From contig JAAXWR010000001.1 in assembly GCA_013334825.1 (NCBI GenBank), forward strand, positions 11,769 to 75,768: a stretch of 64,000 nucleotides of DNA. The letters run 5' to 3'. The notes under the pieces were generated by a model. The model ran no database searches, was not told the DNA's origin, and worked only from the letters and a program-made list of their open reading frames with translations. This DNA comes from Candidatus Yonathbacteria bacterium (GTDB taxonomy: Bacteria; Patescibacteriota; Minisyncoccia; Phycocordibacterales; JACNGX01). This document shows, piece by piece, positions 59,786 to 64,000 of the stretch. The translations under genes were made by a program, and so were the position numbers. Position 1 is the first letter of the stretch. Each line of letters begins with the position of its first letter.

Positions 59786-61189
59786 ATGTGGAAAACTCGT
59801 ATCGCCGCACTTTTTATTCTTCTTGCCGGGTCGGCTCTTGGCTATGTTGTATATTCATCAGAAATCAATCCAGAGAGTACATTTCCGTTTCGTTACGGTC
59901 TTGATCTTTCAGGTGGCACGCACTTGACCTATACCGCGGATGTCTCCGCCGTAACGCCAGGTGAAGAAACGGTTGCTATGGATTCACTTCGTGATGTTAT
60001 TGAACGTCGCGTCAATCTCTTTGGGGTCTCTGAACCGATTGTTCAGACTGAACGGGGGAGTATGCTTGCGGGTACCGCCGATGATTATCGTCTCGTTGTT
60101 GAGTTGCCAGGTATTACCGATGTTGATGCGGCAGTCGACATGATTGGGCAGACGCCATTTCTTGATTTTCGTTTGGAGCAAGCAAACACAGAAGCGATTA
60201 TTAATGCAAAAATTGCGGCGCAACAGACACTCCAAGAAGGAGGTGCCATCGCTTCGGTTGACCCGCTTGCATTCGAGGAGCCGTACGCTGATACTGGTTT
60301 GACGGGTCGCTATGTAGAGCGCGCACAACTTGAATTTGACCCAACGACAGGTGAACCGGTTGTGAGTCTCAAGTTTAACGCGGAGGGGTCTACTCTTTTT
60401 GCTACGATTACGCGCGAAAATACAGGGAAGGCGCTTGCTATCTATCTCGACGGGTCACCTATTTCTACTCCCGTGATTCGTGAAGAAATTACGGGTGGAA
60501 GTGCGCAGATTTCAGGTTCAATGAATCCAGAAGAAGCAAAACTTCTTGTGGGACGTCTCAATTCTGGTGCATTGCCTGTACCTATTACGCTTGCATCAAC
60601 ACAATCCGTAGGCCCATCGCTCGGTATGGAAGCACGTGATGCGGGTGTCTTCGCGGGGATTATCGGACTTCTCGCAGTTATTGCGTTTATGATTCTTTGG
60701 TACCGTTTGCCCGGATTTGTCGCAGCGATTGCTCTCGTTTTGTATACCGTTGTGATGCTTGCCGTCTTTAAATTTGTTCCCGTCACCCTTACTGCTGCGG
60801 GTATCGCTGGATTTATTCTCTCTGTTGGTATGGCAGTCGATGCGAATATTCTTATCTTTGAACGCATGAAGGAAGAACTCCGTCGCTCGCATGCATTCAA
60901 CGATGGTCGGGGAGAAGATGTGATGCTTGATGCCGCGGTGAAAGAAGGATTCGCTCGCGCATGGACATCTATTCGTGATGGTAATATCTCGAGTATGATT
61001 ACCGCAGTGATTCTCTTTTGGTTCGGGACGTCAATGGTCCAAGGGTTCGCGCTTACGTTTGGACTCGGGGTACTTTTCTCTATGATTTCAGCCATTAGTG
61101 TCTCGCGCACGCTCCTTGTGTCCATTGCTCCGCGTCTTCACAAAGGAGCTGCACGTTTTCTCTTTAATAGTGGTTTGTCGCTCCGTTAA
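59786..61189 (+). CDS. secD: Protein translocase subunit SecD
   Basis: GLDLSGG, RRVNLFGVSEP, LNSGALP, GMAVDANILIFER. Confidence 0.96.
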   Translation: MWKTRIAALFILLAGSALGYVVYSSEINPESTFPFRYGLDLSGGTHLTYTADVSAVTPGEETVAMDSLRDVIERRVNLFGVSEPIVQTERGSMLAGTADDYRLVVELPGITDVDAAVDMIGQTPFLDFRLEQANTEAIINAKIAAQQTLQEGGAIASVDPLAFEEPYADTGLTGRYVERAQLEFDPTTGEPVVSLKFNAEGSTLFATITRENTGKALAIYLDGSPISTPVIREEITGGSAQISGSMNPEEAKLLVGRLNSGALPVPITLASTQSVGPSLGMEARDAGVFAGIIGLLAVIAFMILWYRLPGFVAAIALVLYTVVMLAVFKFVPVTLTAAGIAGFILSVGMAVDANILIFERMKEELRRSHAFNDGRGEDVMLDAAVKEGFARAWTSIRDGNISSMITAVILFWFGTSMVQGFALTFGLGVLFSMISAISVSRTLLVSIAPRLHKGAARFLFNSGLSLR

Positions 61190-61213
61190 TCGACGTTCAT
61201 TTTCTCCATCATC

Positions 61214-62143
61214 ATGTTTATTATTTCATACAAACATATCTTCTTTTCGCTCTCGACTCTTTTTGTTGTCGCGGCAATAGGATCGATTGCGTATTTTGGT
61301 TTGCGTCCAGGTATCGATTTCGCGGGAGGAAGCGTTACGGAAGTTCGATATACTGATACGCGTCCTGAAACATCCGTCCTTGTTACCTCACTTGAAACAG
61401 CAGGTTTTACCGGTGCAGTCGTGCGCGATATTGGCAATAATGCAGTATCTGTTCGCACAACGCATGTGACTGATGAAGATGAACATAGCAAGCTCGAAAA
61501 AGCACTTTCACTTAACGGCTCGGTTTCATATGAAGAGACAAACTTTTCCTTTGTTGGTCCTGTTGTTGGTCAAGAGCTTCGTCAAAAGGCATGGATTGCT
61601 ATTATGGCAGTCATTGTAGCAATCATTTTGTTTATTGCATTCGCGTTCCGTCAGGTCTCCAAACCAGTCTCCTCGTGGGTGTATGGAGGTGTTGCCATTG
61701 TTGCGCTCATTCATGATGTCATCGTCCCCACAGGGGCATTTGCAGCGATGGGGGCACTGTTCCCCGGGTATGAACTTGATGTACTTTTTGTGACGGCACT
61801 TCTTTCAATTCTTGGTTTTTCTATTCACGATACCATTGTCATTTTTGATCGTGTGCGTGAAAATCTCAAAAGAGATAATCGTGAACATACAGGAAAGAGT
61901 TTTGCGGAAACTGTTGCCTTGAGTTTGAAAGAAACTATGACACGATCTATCAATACATCACTCACTGTTCTTATTGTCATTGCGGCGCTCTATTTCTTTG
62001 GAGGCGCAGCGACCAAGCCGTTTGCCTTTACATTGTTTGTGGGTATCATCGCGGGAACGTATTCATCAGTATTCCTCGCCGCACCACTTTTGGTGACGAT
62101 TAATGATATGCAGGAGAGAAAGATGACGACAAAAAAACGATAA
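61214..62143 (+). CDS. secF: Protein translocase subunit SecF
   Basis: GIDFAGGS, VGPVVG, HDTIVIFDRVRE, RSINTS, GTYSS. Confidence 0.96.
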   Translation: MFIISYKHIFFSLSTLFVVAAIGSIAYFGLRPGIDFAGGSVTEVRYTDTRPETSVLVTSLETAGFTGAVVRDIGNNAVSVRTTHVTDEDEHSKLEKALSLNGSVSYEETNFSFVGPVVGQELRQKAWIAIMAVIVAIILFIAFAFRQVSKPVSSWVYGGVAIVALIHDVIVPTGAFAAMGALFPGYELDVLFVTALLSILGFSIHDTIVIFDRVRENLKRDNREHTGKSFAETVALSLKETMTRSINTSLTVLIVIAALYFFGGAATKPFAFTLFVGIIAGTYSSVFLAAPLLVTINDMQERKMTTKKR

Positions 62144-62240
62144 ACGGTAAACTATAAAAACGATAAACTACAAAACGAGAATTATGAAGCAAGAAAAAAT
62201 GGTAAACTATGAAAGAGATAGATAACATTATTTCTTATCT

Positions 62241-62825
62241 ATGGAGCAGATTCCAGAACATCTCAATACTCCTGAACATCTTACCTTTCATAAAGAAACA
62301 GGATGTTTATTGCTTGATATCAATCAAGATATCTTTTCTTCTGAACGAAATATTCTCGAAGGTATCGCTTCTGAGTATGGGCTTGTACCGAAAGAAGATT
62401 TGCATATCACTGTTATTGGAAACCAAAATGGTCAAAAAATAATGAGCATCTTGAATAAAAAACCAGAACATGAAAAAGATGCACTTCTTGAAGAGATGCA
62501 TGTTGTAGCAGAACAAACGGATTGGAGTTTTTCCCTTCTTCCCACTGATGTATATCGTGTGGAAAAGGGGTATGCCTATAAAGATCCAGAAACAAAAGAA
62601 CCAAAAAAAGAACATCGTATTGCAATTGTTCAAGCAGTCTCTGTTCCTGGTGTCGATTCTTTTTTCAAAAAGTTGAATGATATGTTGGGAACTGAAATGG
62701 CTCCGCAACCCATGCATGTTACCTTGTACACAGGTGGTACCGACCCTGAACGTTCAAAGAAAGGTATCGGCGTCAATTCAATAGAGGAATTTTTTGCACT
62801 GCGCCCAGCACAGATATTGGTGTAG
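62241..62825 (+). CDS. 2H phosphoesterase-like protein
   Basis: Two HxT motifs (LHITV, MHVTL) about 100 aa apart. Confidence 0.65.
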   Translation: MEQIPEHLNTPEHLTFHKETGCLLLDINQDIFSSERNILEGIASEYGLVPKEDLHITVIGNQNGQKIMSILNKKPEHEKDALLEEMHVVAEQTDWSFSLLPTDVYRVEKGYAYKDPETKEPKKEHRIAIVQAVSVPGVDSFFKKLNDMLGTEMAPQPMHVTLYTGGTDPERSKKGIGVNSIEEFFALRPAQILV

Positions 62826-62924
62826 GGGTATTCTTTTTAAGAGGAGATAAACTGTCAAGAAATTAGAAAATAAAAAAGCTCCACGGAAGGAGCTTTGTAG
62901 TTCGGAAATGTTTTTTGTTTCAAT

Positions 62925-63440
62925 TCAGTACCATCCCCATATTCGTGACTCCTCTTGTGCTCTCTCCATTGCCTCTTTCGTATTCTTTGTCATACGGAGT
63001 TCAATGCATTTGAGGATTGTTTCTTTTTCATAGAGTGGCATGAAAAGTCCAACCATTTCTTTCCAGTGACCACTGAGAAGATATCCTGAAACATGTTCTC
63101 TGATGGGAATATGTGTAATGGGGGTATCTCTATCCCATTGTCTGGCAACGACAATGACATCACCGGGGCGCATAGACATTGCCAGATATCCCTCTGTATC
63201 GAATATCCTCCCAGCGCGAAGCGCAAGCCATGCCATGTGTCTATCCCATTTTCGATCAGGACGTGAAATCTGGTGTATTGTCCCAGTTGTGTGTGCCTCT
63301 TCCATAAGCATACACATTTTTGTTGAGAGAGGTGAACTTTCATCCGTGACGAATCTTGTAAGATGGTCAGGATGACAAAATTCATCATAAAGATTCCAGA
63401 ATTTTGTACTACCGATTTGCGGAAGGATTTCTTTATCCAT
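62925..63440 (-). CDS. Hypothetical protein
   Basis: 171-aa ORF convergent on the hairpin at 62876-62896. Confidence 0.6.
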   Translation of the reverse strand: MDKEILPQIGSTKFWNLYDEFCHPDHLTRFVTDESSPLSTKMCMLMEEAHTTGTIHQISRPDRKWDRHMAWLALRAGRIFDTEGYLAMSMRPGDVIVVARQWDRDTPITHIPIREHVSGYLLSGHWKEMVGLFMPLYEKETILKCIELRMTKNTKEAMERAQEESRIWGWY

Positions 63441-63596
63441 GATGTTGATTTTTTTGATTATTCAAATTTGTTTCCGTGTCGGATAATACCACAGATAATT
63501 GGATTATTCAATGATATAGATTTTGATAATGCGTGGAGTTTTTATCCATCACAAAATTACGTTTTTTTGATGCATCTGTTGTCTTTCCTAAATCGC

Positions 63597-63659
63597 TTGA
63601 CTCTGAACTCGACCTGTGTATAATAGGGTGACGCTCGAATACGGGCGGCTCTTTGACAA
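63597..63659 (+). promoter_or_regulatory. 16S rRNA promoter and boxA-like site
   Basis: TTGACT-16 nt-TATAAT, then GCTCTTTGACAA. Confidence 0.7.
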
Positions 63660-63757
63660 GAGAATAAGCCAACGTCTATTAAGTAGTAGAGACAAAGAAA
63701 TGCCCTTTCTTTTGTCTCGTTCGTGTGAGTGTATCGACTTCGGTCGACACATTCATT

Positions 63758-64000
63758 TTTAACTAGAGTTTGATCCTAGCTCAGGATGAACGCTGGCGAC
63801 GTGGATAAGGCATGCAAGTCGAGTGGGTTTAGACCCACGGCAGACGAGGTAGTAACACGTAGGAACATTCCCCATAGTCGGGCATAATCCGGAGAAATCC
63901 GGAATAATTCTCGATGGTCCGAGCACCACTTTTGCTTATAACGTCATATCGCTCATTGATGAAAAATCAGTGAAGACCTGATGTGATGATATAAGTTGTG
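63758..64000 (+). rRNA. rrs: 16S rRNA, 5' part (truncated by window edge), with an insertion starting at 63919
   Basis: AGAGTTTGATCCTAGCTCAGGATGAACGCTGGCG, CATGCAAGTCGA, AGTAACACGT. Confidence 0.95.

Overview
A 64-kb chromosomal segment that looks like a Patescibacteria/CPR (Parcubacteria-type) bacterium. This is inferred from gene content, compact proteins, unlinked rRNA genes with introns and apparent leaderless promoters. Housekeeping genes: ileS (partial), recO, glyQS, metG, tatD, rpsF-ssb-rpsR, murF, efp, recA, ftsK, rplJL, rodA, secDF. Also present: a cell-surface cluster with a 1958-aa fibre-like protein, an S-layer-like gene, a lipase-like gene followed by three paralogous membrane proteins and orphan C-terminal fragments, a 23S-5S unit with two group I introns, and the start of a separately promoted 16S gene. 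The most striking unexplained signal is a set of single-gene cassettes (GIY-YIG, GxxExxY, three four-helix-bundle genes, RAYT), each bracketed by its own inverted-repeat family. They sit in rRNA hairpins or at gene-gene junctions, and orphan and nested copies of the repeats occur across the window. One terminal repeat family (CCGAGCACCACTTTT...AAAAGTGGTGCTCGG) occupies five rRNA/intron hairpins, and one copy carries a GIY-YIG nuclease. A helical-bundle/wHTH gene beside ftsK lies within about 20 GGACA/TGTCC iteron-like motifs. All calls were made by eye, with no database searches.
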